A stretch of 64,000 nucleotides of DNA from Octopus sinensis (taxonomy: Eukaryota), in contig NC_043007.1 of assembly GCF_006345805.1 (NCBI RefSeq), forward strand, positions 54,560,001 to 54,624,000, given 5' to 3'. Shown here piece by piece: positions 10,867-23,671 of the stretch. Under the pieces are notes generated by a model. That model was not told the origin of the DNA and did no database searches. It was given only the letters and a program-made list of their open reading frames with translations. The position numbers and the translations under genes were made by a program. Position 1 is the first letter of the stretch, and every line of letters starts with the position of its first letter.

Positions 10867-10929
10867 ATAGTAAACACCATGTTTTTGGTATTTTATTAAT
10901 AAATATATGTAAATACACACACACGCATA

Positions 10930-10976
<47 letters not shown>

Positions 10977-11755
10977 ATGCATGTATTCATTTCGAAAGGG
11001 TTGGAACTCACAAGCCCTAGTCTTTATATATTAATTCAATATTCAAGAATTGTTTCCCACTGATATCCCCCAGATGCACAAGTAGTGGTGGTAGTGGGAG
11101 TTTAAACTCTGTACAAAAAAATCATAATACAAATATTTCAGTGTTGCCACAACCAACAATAGGAATAGGTCTGTGATTCTCAACTGCTGTCCATAAAAGA
11201 TTTTGTCCTTAAATTTTATATGAAGTACATTGATTATTTGATTATACTTCTACAATACACACTATATCTTTGCAATTTTTTAAATACAATTCCTAATAAT
11301 AGTTAATTATGAAAAAAAAAAAAATTTAAACATTGACTAGCTAGGGGCTTTTGTTGAGAAAAATAGGAAGCAAAAGGGTCCACAGGTAAAAAATGGTTGA
11401 GAACCACTGGAATAAGTTAATGCAGTTGAAACCTGCTATAAATAGCAGTCAATTCTCTTAAATTACACTCTATTGACTTAAAAAAAAAAAGGTAATGTAA
11501 ATAAAATTTCATATTGACACTTCACACATGTCAGTTGTCAGGTATGTAGGTGTAGATGTGTATGTGTTTAATAATGTACTGTATATAGTATGTCTCTATT
11601 TTTGTATGCAGTGTAAATTAATCCAAACAAATTACATGTTGACACTCCTGGGGTCTCATAGCATTAACATATAAAATTAGATTAGATTTGGTTGGGCCAT
11701 TTGAGAATGCATTGGGAACAAACAGAGATACAAAGGATTATATATATATATATAT

Positions 11756-11757
<2 letters not shown>

Positions 11758-11813
<56 letters not shown>
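11758..11813. repeat. (GA)n microsatellite
   Basis: Pure GA run. Confidence 0.95.
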
Positions 11814-11817
<4 letters not shown>

Positions 11818-13523
11818 AGCACCTTGTTTTTGGTATTTTATTAATAAATATATGTAAATACACACATACATGTACATACATATATATAAAGCCCCAGTCT
11901 TTAATATCTAGAATGCAGTTCTAGATATGCCTGAACAAAAAGATAAGATTCTCACAGCTGGAACGCTTTTCTCAATCAAGCATAAACAAGGAGCTATTGG
12001 AAAAATTCCATGCTCAACTGGAAAGAAATATATTAGATTACTTAAAATCTCCCCACATAATAACTGTTTTTCATGAAACTAGATAAACTCTTGCTTACCT
12101 GTGACAGAAGAATTTAGGAAGAGCAAACTGCTACTGATGTACTTTAAGCAGAAAAGAAAGCAATATGAAATTTGCTACCTATAAAAATAGAAGTTATAAT
12201 CCTTCAAATAAAAAAAAAGAGAAAGCAAAATATCATAATAGTGTTGCTCATTTAAACTGTTTTAACAACTGGGTCATTTTTACAGATGGGTTTCATTCTG
12301 GCAATGGAGCAGGGTGTGGTGCTACCAGGAATTTTCAGAACAATAATAAAAAATATGATCTTAAGACTACATCATGATTAACAATATATGAAGCAGTGTA
12401 GTTGGGAATGATAACATCTTTAGATTCCTCTAAAGCAGTATTTCTCAAATTTTTTAAACTACCACTTTTTTTTTACTAACATTTTTTCAAAACCTCTTTG
12501 CTACATTTCAACACCCTCCCTACATATTTTAATGTACATACATGTAATATATGGTCAGAGTAATTTTGTTTTGGGTACTAGTTTGATGTGGGTGACTTCT
12601 TATCACAGAACCGCAGTACTACATGCAATTATTTGACAAATTATTGCTTGATCTTCATTATTGATACAGTCTTTAGAATATGGCTTCAACTAAATTCAGG
12701 TATGTATTCTTTGTACTTCATATAGATCCTGAAACTTCTAGTGGAAATCTATCTTTATATTATGATTTCCAAATGTTCACTCACACAGACATTGATATCT
12801 ATCTTCACAGGCAGGTTTACATATGAGTATAGTTTACTTGATTGACAAATGACACACACAGCTAGAACCAACATTGTTCAAGCATATAATATATATATAT
12901 ATATGCACATTCAATCAAGATGTCACATAACACTGTAGGTGCAGTGGTTGTCTTTACTGCATGTATGAAAATACATGCAATATCTTTTAAATTATTAAAT
13001 TTAAGGACAATGTTTTAAATTCCTTTGTTATGGCTTGGCAGACTATAATAAACAGGAAGGAGTTAGTTGAGATGTGAGCTCAGATGCATCACTACTTACA
13101 TGCTAAATTCATTGCTGCACTCATTGTAGACTCTAACCTGTACCTCTGTTCATGGCTTGTATAAGCCTTACAAGTCATTTCTCTACCCATCAGGAATCCA
13201 AGGAAACTGGTTATAGTCTGCATTAGCAAATTTCGATCAATATAAAATTTGAAAAAGTTTATTTATTGCATTGGTTAGAGAATATGTTTCATTGCTCTGG
13301 TTGATCCATTGAAAGTGTTGTGGAAGGATTCCAACACCAAGTGGCTAAAAGTGGACTGATATATTGTTATAAAATAAGTACTGTGAGCAATAGTGAGCAG
13401 TTCACTGAGAGCCATTGGCAGAGAGCATTTAACTTCATGTAACAGAAATCATAGTGCATCATGTGATACTTTCTTTCCCCTTGCTTTGTTAAATTATATA
13501 TATCCAACACCAGGATATAAAAG

Positions 13524-16500
13524 TGGTGACGAGTTGTTTGAAGCTTGTGTTGGACAATTAAAATATTTTTCTTTTGGTACCAAACCAAAGAAAAATCATT
13601 TAAAATGGAGGACTTATTGGCCTCTGTAGTGCAGTTGCAATGACAACAGCTGCTGTCACAGCAACTACGATGGCAACAACAACAAAACCAACAGTTGCTG
13701 GAATTAATGTTGATGAAGTCTGAAAATACTCCAGGTTCTTACTTGCCAGACAGCAAAGCAAATTCAATTGAAAAATTCAGCAATAAACCAAAAGAAGGGA
13801 TTACCTTCTCTTCATATTTTTGAAGATACAAAGAAATCTTCAGAGGAGAATGTAAAAATTGGTCTAATGAGAAGAAAGTACAACTATTTTTAAGAAAATT
13901 ATCCCCTGCCAAACACTAAAAGAATTTTTTATTGAAAATTTTCGGCAAAAGAAGTTCCGTGTTCAATACTCACTGGCAGTGTTTAAATTTGGTCAAAAAA
14001 GATGATGAAGATGATGTTGGAGTTGTTAACAGGGAGTGTAAAAAATTCAAACTAAATGAATTAACCCTGGACATATTCAAATGTCTAATTTGTTCAAGGG
14101 CAAACTGCAAGCAAAGTTGGAGATATACATTCCTGGATATCAACAAAATTAGAACAGGACCAAAAATTAACTCTACAGGCAGTAGCAGAAGAATCCCCAA
14201 GGATTATATATAAAATGCTTCAAGTGTGGTAAGATAGGTCCTAAAAATCACACAGTAAAACAAACCCTAAAAAACAGTCCAACAGAGAAAATCACACAAA
14301 CAGGTCATTGTTGACAAGAAATACAAATGAGTCTCAAAGGAAATTTGTGTATGTAAAAATTAATAACACATACATAAAGCTACGATTGGATATGGGCAGT
14401 AATATCTTGATAGCTACCACAGATACATGGGAAAAAATTGGGAGACTTAAATTAAAATAAAATTTGAAAATTGCACATAGTGTTTCAGGAAAAAAATGAC
14501 ATTTTAAGGGTAAAAAGATTAATGACATTGCATTTCGTGGAAAAACCTTAGAAGCCAAAGATTTTGTGTTTAATAATATGTCAAATTTATTTGAAACAGA
14601 CTGGACGGAATTATTTAACTTATGGGACCTCCCAATGAATCTTTTCTGTAAAAATGTGAATGGTTTTTCCACTAGTACAAACAAGTCATCAGATGAATTA
14701 AAAAAAACAATTTTTAAGATTTTTTTTGTGAGGTTCCATCTGAGGAATTAGGTCTGTGCACCAAAACAAAGGTGAAGTTTCAAGTAAAAGAAAACACCAA
14801 TTCAGTATTTAAACCAAAAAAACTATACCATTCACAGAATGGAACAGATAAACTTAGAGAGACTAGAAAAAATTAGAGTTATCCAAAAAGTGGAATATAG
14901 TCAATGGCATCACCAACTGTATACGTTAAAAAAAACAATAATAAAATCAGAGTGTCTTAAAACAAATGTCTTAAAACACTAAAAATAAAATATTTAGGAC
15001 AAATCATTGACAGAAATGGATGTCAATCAGATCTGTCGGAGGCAGACACAATTAAAAATATGCCCCCTCCAACAAATATAGTGACCTTACAAGCTTTTTT
15101 AGGACTAGAAAATTATTACCAAAATTATATTCCAAATATGCATAAGGTAAGAGTTCCACTAAGTAATCTATTAAAAAATAATGTAAAGTAGAATTGGTCT
15201 GAAAATTGTCAGAAGGTGTTTGACAAAATTTAAAAAATATCAACATCTGATTTTCTGCTAGCATACTTCAATCCTGCAGTGGAGATTGTAGTAGCTTCAG
15301 ATTCCTCTGAGTACGGTATCAGAGCAGTAAGCTACATAAATATAAAGATGATAACTTGAAGGTGGTGATTCATGCCTCACTTTCTCTATCAGCAAAACAA
15401 AACTACAGCCAAATTGAAAAAGAAGTTCTAGCGATTACTTTTGCCATAAAAAAATTTCTAAGATTTTTACATGGTAGAAGTTTTTGACTACAGACTGATC
15501 ATCATCCATTATCATCTATATATGAGTCAATGGAAAGAATCCCTACCCATACTAATAGGTTACAATGCTGGGGTACTATATTATTAAGCTATGATTTTAA
15601 GATGGAGTATATACTATCTAAGAAATTGGGACATGCTGATTGTTTATCAAGACTGATTTCAAAAAGTGCTGAACCATTTGAAGATACAGTGAGTGCTGCG
15701 TTGTGAGCGGAAAATGAAATTAAAAATGTTTTGTGAAACGTCATATATGAACTGCCAGTCACATTACAAGATATAAAATTAAAACAAGAAAACAATAAAT
15801 TCATTAAAAAAATAAAAGAAATGCTGAAGGCTAAAAGAGATAGAAGTATGTGCAATACAAATTCGAACCCATTCTCAATGTGTGACAGTATGTTGATGTA
15901 TGCACAAAGAGTTGTAGTGCCAGCCACACTACAGAAGCGATACGCTAACGGAATTTCACATTGGTCACCCAGGGATTTCAAGGCTGAAATCGCTAATGAG
16001 AAGTTATTTATATTGGTCAACAATGGACTGTGACATTGAAGAACTACCACTAAATGGCAACCATGGCCAAGAACAGATATTCCATGGTCTGGACTGCATG
16101 TTGATTATGTAGGTCCACTTAAGAGTTCATATTACCTTTGGTGGACAGTTTTTCAAAGTGGCCTGTAAAAAGCTGACATCTGTGGTTACAGTAAGTTTTT
16201 TTTATATGAATTGCTCACCAGATATGGGATTCCTGATACCATTGTGTCTGGTAATGGAACTCAATTTACTTCAGATGAGTTCAGGAAATTTTGTAAAATG
16301 TTCATCATCAAACAAGTCACCACTCCACCATATCACCCTAAGTCAAATGGATAAGTGGAACGTTTTGTTGACACTTTCAAGAGGGCATTAAAAAAGGTGA
16401 TACAGGAAAGTGCAATGAAGTAATGGACGACCTTGTATTTCAATCATTTCTAAGAGTATACTGAATGACACCTAATCCGAATACTCCATCTAGAATGTCA

Positions 16501-16923
16501 CCTGTAGAACTGATGTTTGCTAGAAAGATTAGATCCATTTTTGATATGTTGATACAGAGTAAAAATAGTAAAAAGGCAAACAATAAAAATACTTCAAAGT
16601 TCTTCAAGTTAGGTGACAAAGTTTTTTTTTTAAACCCTAAAGATATGGTAAAGAAAGCTGGAAGGACAGTGTAACCATTAAACAAATTGGAAGAATGTTG
16701 TTCCTGATAAAAGGGAAAAATGTCAAATATAAAAGACATATTAACCAACTTCAAAAAAAGATACATGGAAAAAACAGTCATGAGAAATGAAATCCCCATA
16801 GAAGTATTGTATGACATGTTTGAGGTATTAACACCCAAACAATTTGAAACTACACGTTCTAGCACCAGAAAACAGAAAAGAACAGAAACATTGAAATTGA
16901 ACCCTAAGTGTAAGAAATATTAA
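13524..16923 (+). mobile_element. Decayed Ty3/Gypsy LTR retrotransposon internal region (gag, protease, RT remnant, RNase H, integrase)
   Basis: PBS-like TGGTGACGAG at 13524. Interrupted motifs: KYLGQIID, DSSEYGIRAV, YSQIEKEVLAITFAIKKF, TDHHPL, PWSGLHVDYVGP, PYHPKSNG.VERFVDTFKR and YxMTP. Many stops and frameshifts. LTRs are not resolved. Confidence 0.8.
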
Positions 16924-17179
16924 AACTCCAAGCAGGGAGAAGTTAAGGGAGACTAATTCTTCAATGTTATAAATATTTCGAAAGGAATATTCCAAGGAAG
17001 TAGTAATTCTGTTCATTTTGACATTAAATCCATTATCATTCCTGCCACAAAAATCAAATGGCCCCATTCTTGGGTCTGCAACTGCTGGAAATATTTAACC
17101 CAACTGCTAGAAATATCTAACCCATAATTTCTTTGTGGATGGCCAGAAGATTTATATTAAAAATGTTAACAATGCCAAA

Positions 17180-18610
17180 ATAACAGTTGGAGTTAATAAC
17201 AACATTTTCAGCTGACACAGGAATGGAATTTGGCCAAAAGAAATATTTGTATTTGATTGTTGAATGTGGGAAATCTGTCCCCTAGACTCAGAACCTGTAC
17301 ATCAACAGTTTTGCTATCACTCCTGTTCCACACAAAGAATGCTACAAATATCTAGGAATTGATTAAAACATAGCCATTGAAGATGTTGTGAATAAAGTTA
17401 TTGTAACCTGAGAATATTATACCAGACTTAGGAAAATATGGTAGCTGGAACACTCCTCTTACAACAAAATAATACCCTACAATATATTTTCAGTATCAGT
17501 ACTGATTTCAACATGTGGGATACTTGACTGGTTCGTAGAGGAAATCCACTCCATAGACATTAAAACCAACAAGATCCTGACATCAACTGGAAATTTCCTT
17601 AGAAACAGTGATAATAAAAGGTCGAACTAAGAAGCGATGAAGAAGATCAATGCAGATAGCCTTCAAATGTCAAATATAGTTTCTCTCCGACAGTGCCTGC
17701 TAAACAGCAGCAGAAACAATGAATACATACACTTAGTGCTGAAAAGTGAAGAAAACAATATCCTACATGTTGGCACTGAGCTCCTCAGGAAGCACTCTTT
17801 TCCTGATGACCTCCCATACAACACCAAGACAGCCAGACTAACATACTTCAAAGAAGACCTGGATGTGAAACACTCAATATACCAAAAAAAAAGAGAAAGA
17901 AGAAACTGTGCTTGGGTATGTTTCTCAATGATTGAAAGAAAACATTAATATCAACATGAAGTGCAGCCTCTCTTGAACTCCTGACTGGTACACTACATTA
18001 CACTTCAAAGGCCATGCATTTGCAGTCTATGAACAGGAGACTGCTACAAAATACCTAGCAAACAAAAGCAATACTGAAGCCCTTGGAGCCTAAAGATGCA
18101 GCCAAAAAAAAGATTCTGGGGAAGACATCACACAAGTGATTGGCAGTTGCCCCAAACTGTTATCAAAGTACTGTCTCCCTATGTGACATGGTGTTGTCAC
18201 TAATGCTATTTGAAAAATGGTGACATGGTGTTGTCACAATGCTATTAGAAAATAGAGTGTCCTGGAATAAAAATAGAAAACCCACCTGTTATTAAATACA
18301 TACACAAACATTGACACATCAAGTATAAACATAATAGACTAGATATTGTTTGGGACAGTAAAAAAAAAGTGTGTGCTGTCATAGAGGTCAGCTGCCCTGC
18401 TGATGTGAATATCTCTTCAAAAATCAAAGAAGATAACTGCAGACAACTGCTTAGAAACCTCCAGCTTCTATATCCAGATGATAAATTTACATTTATGCCA
18501 ATAATAATTGGTGCACTTGATTTTGTGAGTAAATGCTTAAGTGAAAAAAAATCATCCAGTTAATTTGCACATTACAATCTGTAATTGGAACAGTAAAAAT
18601 GTGAAGTTTA
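17180..18610 (+). mobile_element. Decayed R4/Dong-like non-LTR retrotransposon fragment with a restriction-like endonuclease
   Basis: Remnants GMEFG, YKYLGI, DIVWDSKKKVCAVIEVSCPADVN and PIIIGAL. Confidence 0.6.
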
Positions 18611-19324
18611 AAATGTGAATTTGTTTTTATCATCTACATACCAACAATATTTGAAATCTTCCTTAGAAGAAAATTTCAAATAATCAAAAGCAGATAGAGC
18701 AAGCATTAGTACCACATCATTACTCTATATTGAAACCATTTGTGAATGTGAATTTATAATGATATTAATTTATCTTATACTCAATGATTTTGATAATACT
18801 ACTGCATTTGTTTGTTCCCTTTTCTTTTGGTGCTAGCTACCACCAGTAATAAACAATTGTTCAATGTTTTGGAGGGTGGAGGAAGATTGTATAATTAATG
18901 AGTGTTATGAAGGTTTGCAGCATTGAGTTAAGTTCCTCATGAAAGTTTGCAACAACTACAATAAAAATTTCATTAATAAGCAATGTCAATTGTCAGTGAA
19001 TGTTCCTTTTTTAGGGATAATGTTCATTCACTTGATATTGTCTTGTTAACCAATTTCACTTCCTTTCAGAGGATGGCTAGACACATATTCAAAAGTTTTG
19101 TTAACTTCTTTTCCCCTAAGCATAGCAAAGCAAAACTGATTCCCTCTCTTTGTTAATCCAATGAGCTGCTAAATAATATGAATGGCTTACCAATCAACAG
19201 ATTATAGATTTTTTAGTCATGGTTATAAGCCAAACACTTAAATGAAAAGCTTTATAGGAATGGCGCAAAATATTTTGTTTAAAACAAATTTTTGCAAACA
19301 TTAAGTAATTTAAATATCATCCCA

Positions 19325-19508
19325 GTAAAAGCACACCAGGAAAAGTGCTTAGTGACACTTCATCCGTCTTCATTCTCTGAGTTCAAATTCTGCCAAAGTC
19401 AACTTTGCCTTTCATCCTTGTGGGGTCAATTAAATAAGCCCTGGGGTTGATGTAATTGACTTATCTCCTACCCCCAAATTACTGACTTTGTGCCAAAATT
19501 TGAAATTA
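19325..19508 (+). mobile_element. Degenerate tRNA-derived SINE
   Basis: GAGTTCAAATTC B-box followed by CTTTGCCTTTCATCCTT...GGGGTC, shared with the copy at 52943. Confidence 0.7.
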
Positions 19509-19823
19509 ATATCATCCCAGTAAAAAAGAATGTCAAAAAAAAAAAAAAGAGAATTTAATTTGGCTTATATTGCTCCCTGGAAAGCTATTTTAATTGCAGT
19601 TTAATTAAGGCAAAGCAAAAATATTCTGCAATTCTGCCAAAACACAGTTGTTTTAGACTAACTATTTTTTAGAAAAATCTTCTTTACCAGTTTCTTCACA
19701 AAATAAATATTTATATTCAAAAATATTTCAAAATAATATACTCACAATTAATTACTGAAAATGCTCAGAGAAGCTCTTTCCTCTTGTTGGATGTCCCTTA
19801 GTTTGTATAATACATGTGTGTAT

Positions 19824-20300
19824 TGATATGGCAGTCACTTTGCCTCTTACTCGGATTTTCAGAAATTTTGCATGACTGTATCCGAAAATTTCTTCACACA
19901 ACTTGATCAAATATTCAATATGAGCTATATGTAGACATGCATAAATTCTATAGGTTTAATACCTTTCATCGGATCTCCATGAATCGAACTTTCTTCAATG
20001 CAGCTAATCTTACAACCTCTTTTGTATCTACCCCTTTTGATGTTTGGGAATTCTCTGATGTTTTTTCGGCTGACAAGTACGAGCCATCTGTATTCACTGC
20101 ATTTTTTGTAGCTTATTAAAGATGTCCTCGTATGAAACGATCGTACCGAGATTTTAATCCATTCTTGTTGCTTTTTTCCTATTTGTAATCACCCCACTTG
20201 TTGTATGGTTAACACCATATAGATTTCCGGTGCATCCTAGTTAAGGACCATATTCATGTGAATTCTTTAGAATTCACTAGAATCTCAATTACTTAACCGA
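19824..20300 (+). repeat. 5' pLTR of PLE-2
   Basis: Same as 24547-25023 (constant offset 4723) apart from two substitutions noticed (CGAACT/CAAACT and GACAAG/GACGAG). Confidence 0.95.
20064..20151 (+). ncRNA. Hammerhead motif in the PLE-2 5' pLTR with a mutated core (CUGACAA)
   Basis: Same fold as the 3' copy, but position 20075 is A in place of the conserved G8. Confidence 0.75.
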
Positions 20301-20353
20301 ATATATTCCCATACTATCTGTATGTTTTTCCGGTCCTTAACTTCTCAGCAAGA

Positions 20354-23300
20354 ATGGAAAAAATAAACTTCGAGTTTTCCCCTAAAGACATCCCCCTCCA
20401 TAGTAAAGATGAGTATTATTGGCTACTCATTCACAGGATAAACGATTTCATTAGAAGGATTAGATGGAGAACATACCACTTCGATATCAAACATAGAAAG
20501 AATACGAAACGAAGGATTACTAATAAGAAGTTCGACAGAATATTTAGAAGCAGGAAGAGCCCACCTCCAAATCCACTCCTTGATAATTTTGAAAAAGACC
20601 TACTCAACCTCATAGAAAGAATTAAATTCAAGGATCACCCGTTAAGATATAATCACCACCTCAAGCATCTCAGTAAATTTATAAAATCGACTCGAAACAA
20701 GAAAGGAATATTAGTACCAGCTGACAAAACGGGCAATTTTTATAGAGTAGACTATTCACTCTACAGCAATCTAATTAACAAGGAGCTTAACTCCAAATAC
20801 AAAACTACTACCAAAGGAAAATTGAAGGAAACTAACTTAGAAATGAAAGCTATTATGGAAAAATATGATCTAGCAGACAGAACTGAACCAATTGTACCAT
20901 GCGAACCTAGGATTAATCTTAAGGACCATAAAAAGAATTTCCTGGAAAACCCGTCGGTAAGACTTATTTGTCCAACTAAGTCGGATATTGGCCGACTTAG
21001 TAAATCTATCCTAGATAATATCTTACCCCAAATAACCCCACTTCTTCCCTTAAGCCTGTGGATAAATACCGATGAGGTCCTTAAATGGTTTAATTCCCTA
21101 ACTAATACGAATAATTTAGCCTTCATTCAATTCGATATAAATAACTACTACTCTAGCATTTCCCCTATCCTATTAAATAAATCGCTTATATTCGCGATGA
21201 ATCACTCCCTCATATCTAGAGAAGAAATAAACATTATACTTTTAGCTAGAAAAACATTTATTGAGTTTGAGGGAAAATTATGGACCAGAGCTGATACCCC
21301 TAACTTTTTCGATATTCCTATGGGCTCAAGTGATTTGGCTGAGGTAACCAATTTAGTAGGAGCATATCTACTGAAATGCATTAATAAAGAGATTCCTGAA
21401 TTGCAAGGTGGTCTATATAGACATGATGCTTTGTTTGTTGTAAATACTAATAATAAATCACACATAGAAAGAATTAAAAAGAAGATTAATAGGTTCTTTA
21501 AAGATTTCAACCTTAGCATAACCTACGAACCAAACATTAAAATAGCTAATTTTCTAGATATTACTTTAGACCTTAACTCCAAACTACATTATCCATTTAG
21601 AAAGGAAGGTGAAATCACTAGTTACGTAAATAAATTATCTAATCATCCCCCAAATATAATAAATTCCTTAGTTAGAAATATTTCCATAAGAATATCCAAA
21701 TTATCATCTAATTTTAATATATTTAACTCACACTCAGGACATTACAATGAGGCGTTATCTAGAGCAGGATATAACCAGAAAATTACATTTGAAGATACGG
21801 AAAACCTAGGAACTCATCATAATAATTTAAGTAAATTAAACAGCAATAACCACATAAACAACAAAAATGATCAAGTCGAAAAGATACATAGATGTGGATC
21901 TAATACAACATCTAATCGTAATGATAAGTATAAGGATAAATACATAGACCATAACACAGATAGCCCTGATAAGGCAACCTTAAATAAAATTAAAATTAAG
22001 AAACACACTATTAGTAACGTAGACAACAATAATGACCATACCAGAAAAGATAGTAGAAATAGATTTACAACGGCAAAGTACCCTAATGATATTAAGAATA
22101 TTAATAAAAACACAACAGAGAATACTTATAATAAGGGTAAAATAAACTTGGACAAAACTAGCAAACATGCTAACAGGAACATTAATAAATACAAAGAATC
22201 TGATGATGGTACGATTAATTCTAATAACCCTAACTCTAGTGGGAAAAATTCTAGCAGCCCTAACTCTAATTCTAAGAAATTTAATAAGAAAGACATAATA
22301 TGGCTAAACATCCCTTTTAACTGTGCGGTTTCATCAGATATTCAGGGTAGATTCAAAACAATTCTAGAAAAAAATTTCCCATCCTCTCATAGATATCATA
22401 AAATTATTTCTAAAAAAACAGTCAGAATTTCTTATTCAACTCTCCCAAATATGTCCACTTTAATAGCTAAGATCAATAATAATAACATAAAACTGGCCAG
22501 AAATAATTTAATAAATAAAAATAAAAATACAACGGAAAATTGTAATAACAGTACGGAAAGTAATAATTGCAACAATAATAATAATAATAACAATAATGAA
22601 TGTCATAAAATAAATATAACCAAAAGCCATGGAATTGTTAATAACAATAATAACATAAATAGGAATGATTATGTTAGTAATAGGAATAATACCAGGAATG
22701 TAAGTACAGTGAATGAGAGTAACAACATTATCAGCAACAACACTACACATCTGGAAAACAATATCGACAACAATACTAATAGCATCAACAATATCAGCAA
22801 TGATAGTAGAGTTATAGAACCAAATGATAGTGTAGGAATACCGACAAATGATAATACTACTTTAGGAGATAACATCAACTGCAATAATGATAACATTATT
22901 TTAGATAGCAGCACCAATAATAATAATAATGAAAGTAGGGCTTTAGAACCAAATGAAAATGTAAGAATACCTATAAATGATAATACTATTTTAGATAATA
23001 ATATTAACTACAATAATGATAGAGTTTTTTTAGATAATAACAATAATCAAAATCATGATAAATTTACCCGCTCTGCTTCGAGCAACAGTAATATAAGACT
23101 TCTATCCTCAAGGTATTCCACCTCTAATTATAATGCCCCTAGATGTAATTGCAGAATTAAATCAAAATGCCCGGCCCCTGATTTATGCGGGTTAATTAAC
23201 ATAATCTATAAGTGCTCCGTAACCACAGATAATAATAAGTTCTCTTATGTTGGATGCACTGTAAATTTTAAACAGAGATTGAATAACCATCTCTCATCCT

Positions 23301-23671
23301 TTAAATTACGTCATAAGGCTGATAGCACCACTCTTTCTAGTAAAATTTGGGAACTAAAAAACAATAATATCAAATATAACCTTAATTGGGAATTAGTCAG
23401 AAGAGCAAAACCCTATAAAAATAGCAGAGTAGGCTGCCAACTTTGCTCCATGGAAGCATTTGAAATACTAATGTATAGAAATAATGGAGAAATTCAATTA
23501 AACAGCAGAATTGAACTTGGAAATCTTGTATACATGCTCGGGTTAAGACTCTTAAATATTTTAAATGATATTTTAAATCATATCTCAATTGATAACTGTA
23601 TACTGGAATCATTTTGCATAAAATTCATTTTGACTTACATATCACTCCCACATAGTATATTATATATTTAA
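20354..23671 (+). CDS. PLE RT plus GIY-YIG endonuclease polyprotein with Asn-rich insertions; probably inactive (YRHD, C-terminal frameshift)
   Basis: PADKTGNFY, LKDHK, RLICPTKS, FIQFDINNYY, PMGSSDLAEVTNLVG, GLYRHDAL, FLDITLDL, SNHPP, CNCRIKSKCP, IIYKC...YVG and CQLC. The conserved C-x-H end continues in the -1 frame to a TGA at 23566-23568. Confidence 0.93.
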   Translation: MEKINFEFSPKDIPLHSKDEYYWLLIHRINDFIRRIRWRTYHFDIKHRKNTKRRITNKKFDRIFRSRKSPPPNPLLDNFEKDLLNLIERIKFKDHPLRYNHHLKHLSKFIKSTRNKKGILVPADKTGNFYRVDYSLYSNLINKELNSKYKTTTKGKLKETNLEMKAIMEKYDLADRTEPIVPCEPRINLKDHKKNFLENPSVRLICPTKSDIGRLSKSILDNILPQITPLLPLSLWINTDEVLKWFNSLTNTNNLAFIQFDINNYYSSISPILLNKSLIFAMNHSLISREEINIILLARKTFIEFEGKLWTRADTPNFFDIPMGSSDLAEVTNLVGAYLLKCINKEIPELQGGLYRHDALFVVNTNNKSHIERIKKKINRFFKDFNLSITYEPNIKIANFLDITLDLNSKLHYPFRKEGEITSYVNKLSNHPPNIINSLVRNISIRISKLSSNFNIFNSHSGHYNEALSRAGYNQKITFEDTENLGTHHNNLSKLNSNNHINNKNDQVEKIHRCGSNTTSNRNDKYKDKYIDHNTDSPDKATLNKIKIKKHTISNVDNNNDHTRKDSRNRFTTAKYPNDIKNINKNTTENTYNKGKINLDKTSKHANRNINKYKESDDGTINSNNPNSSGKNSSSPNSNSKKFNKKDIIWLNIPFNCAVSSDIQGRFKTILEKNFPSSHRYHKIISKKTVRISYSTLPNMSTLIAKINNNNIKLARNNLINKNKNTTENCNNSTESNNCNNNNNNNNNECHKINITKSHGIVNNNNNINRNDYVSNRNNTRNVSTVNESNNIISNNTTHLENNIDNNTNSINNISNDSRVIEPNDSVGIPTNDNTTLGDNINCNNDNIILDSSTNNNNNESRALEPNENVRIPINDNTILDNNINYNNDRVFLDNNNNQNHDKFTRSASSNSNIRLLSSRYSTSNYNAPRCNCRIKSKCPAPDLCGLINIIYKCSVTTDNNKFSYVGCTVNFKQRLNNHLSSFKLRHKADSTTLSSKIWELKNNNIKYNLNWELVRRAKPYKNSRVGCQLCSMEAFEILMYRNNGEIQLNSRIELGNLVYMLGLRLLNILNDILNHISIDNCILESFCIKFILTYISLPHSILYI

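Noticed and set aside
10871-11910. Short duplicated segment at about 10871-11030 and 11816-11910
   Set aside because: It is mostly microsatellite-bounded and short, with no interpretable structure. It is probably an ordinary local duplication or small repeat.
13366-16975. Possible LTR pair starting TGTTATAAA at about 13367 and 16965
   Set aside because: Only about 9 nt match and the downstream sequences do not align.
20336-20353. Possible splice acceptor (CTTAAC...TTCTCAG) just before the PLE-2 ATG
   Set aside because: The branch-like motif is too close to the AG and no convincing donor was found in the pLTR. It cannot be supported without RNA data.
23569-23671. Hydrophobic C-terminal tail of the 1105-aa ORF
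   Set aside because: It results from the frameshift near 23525. The conserved C-x-H terminus is in the other frame.
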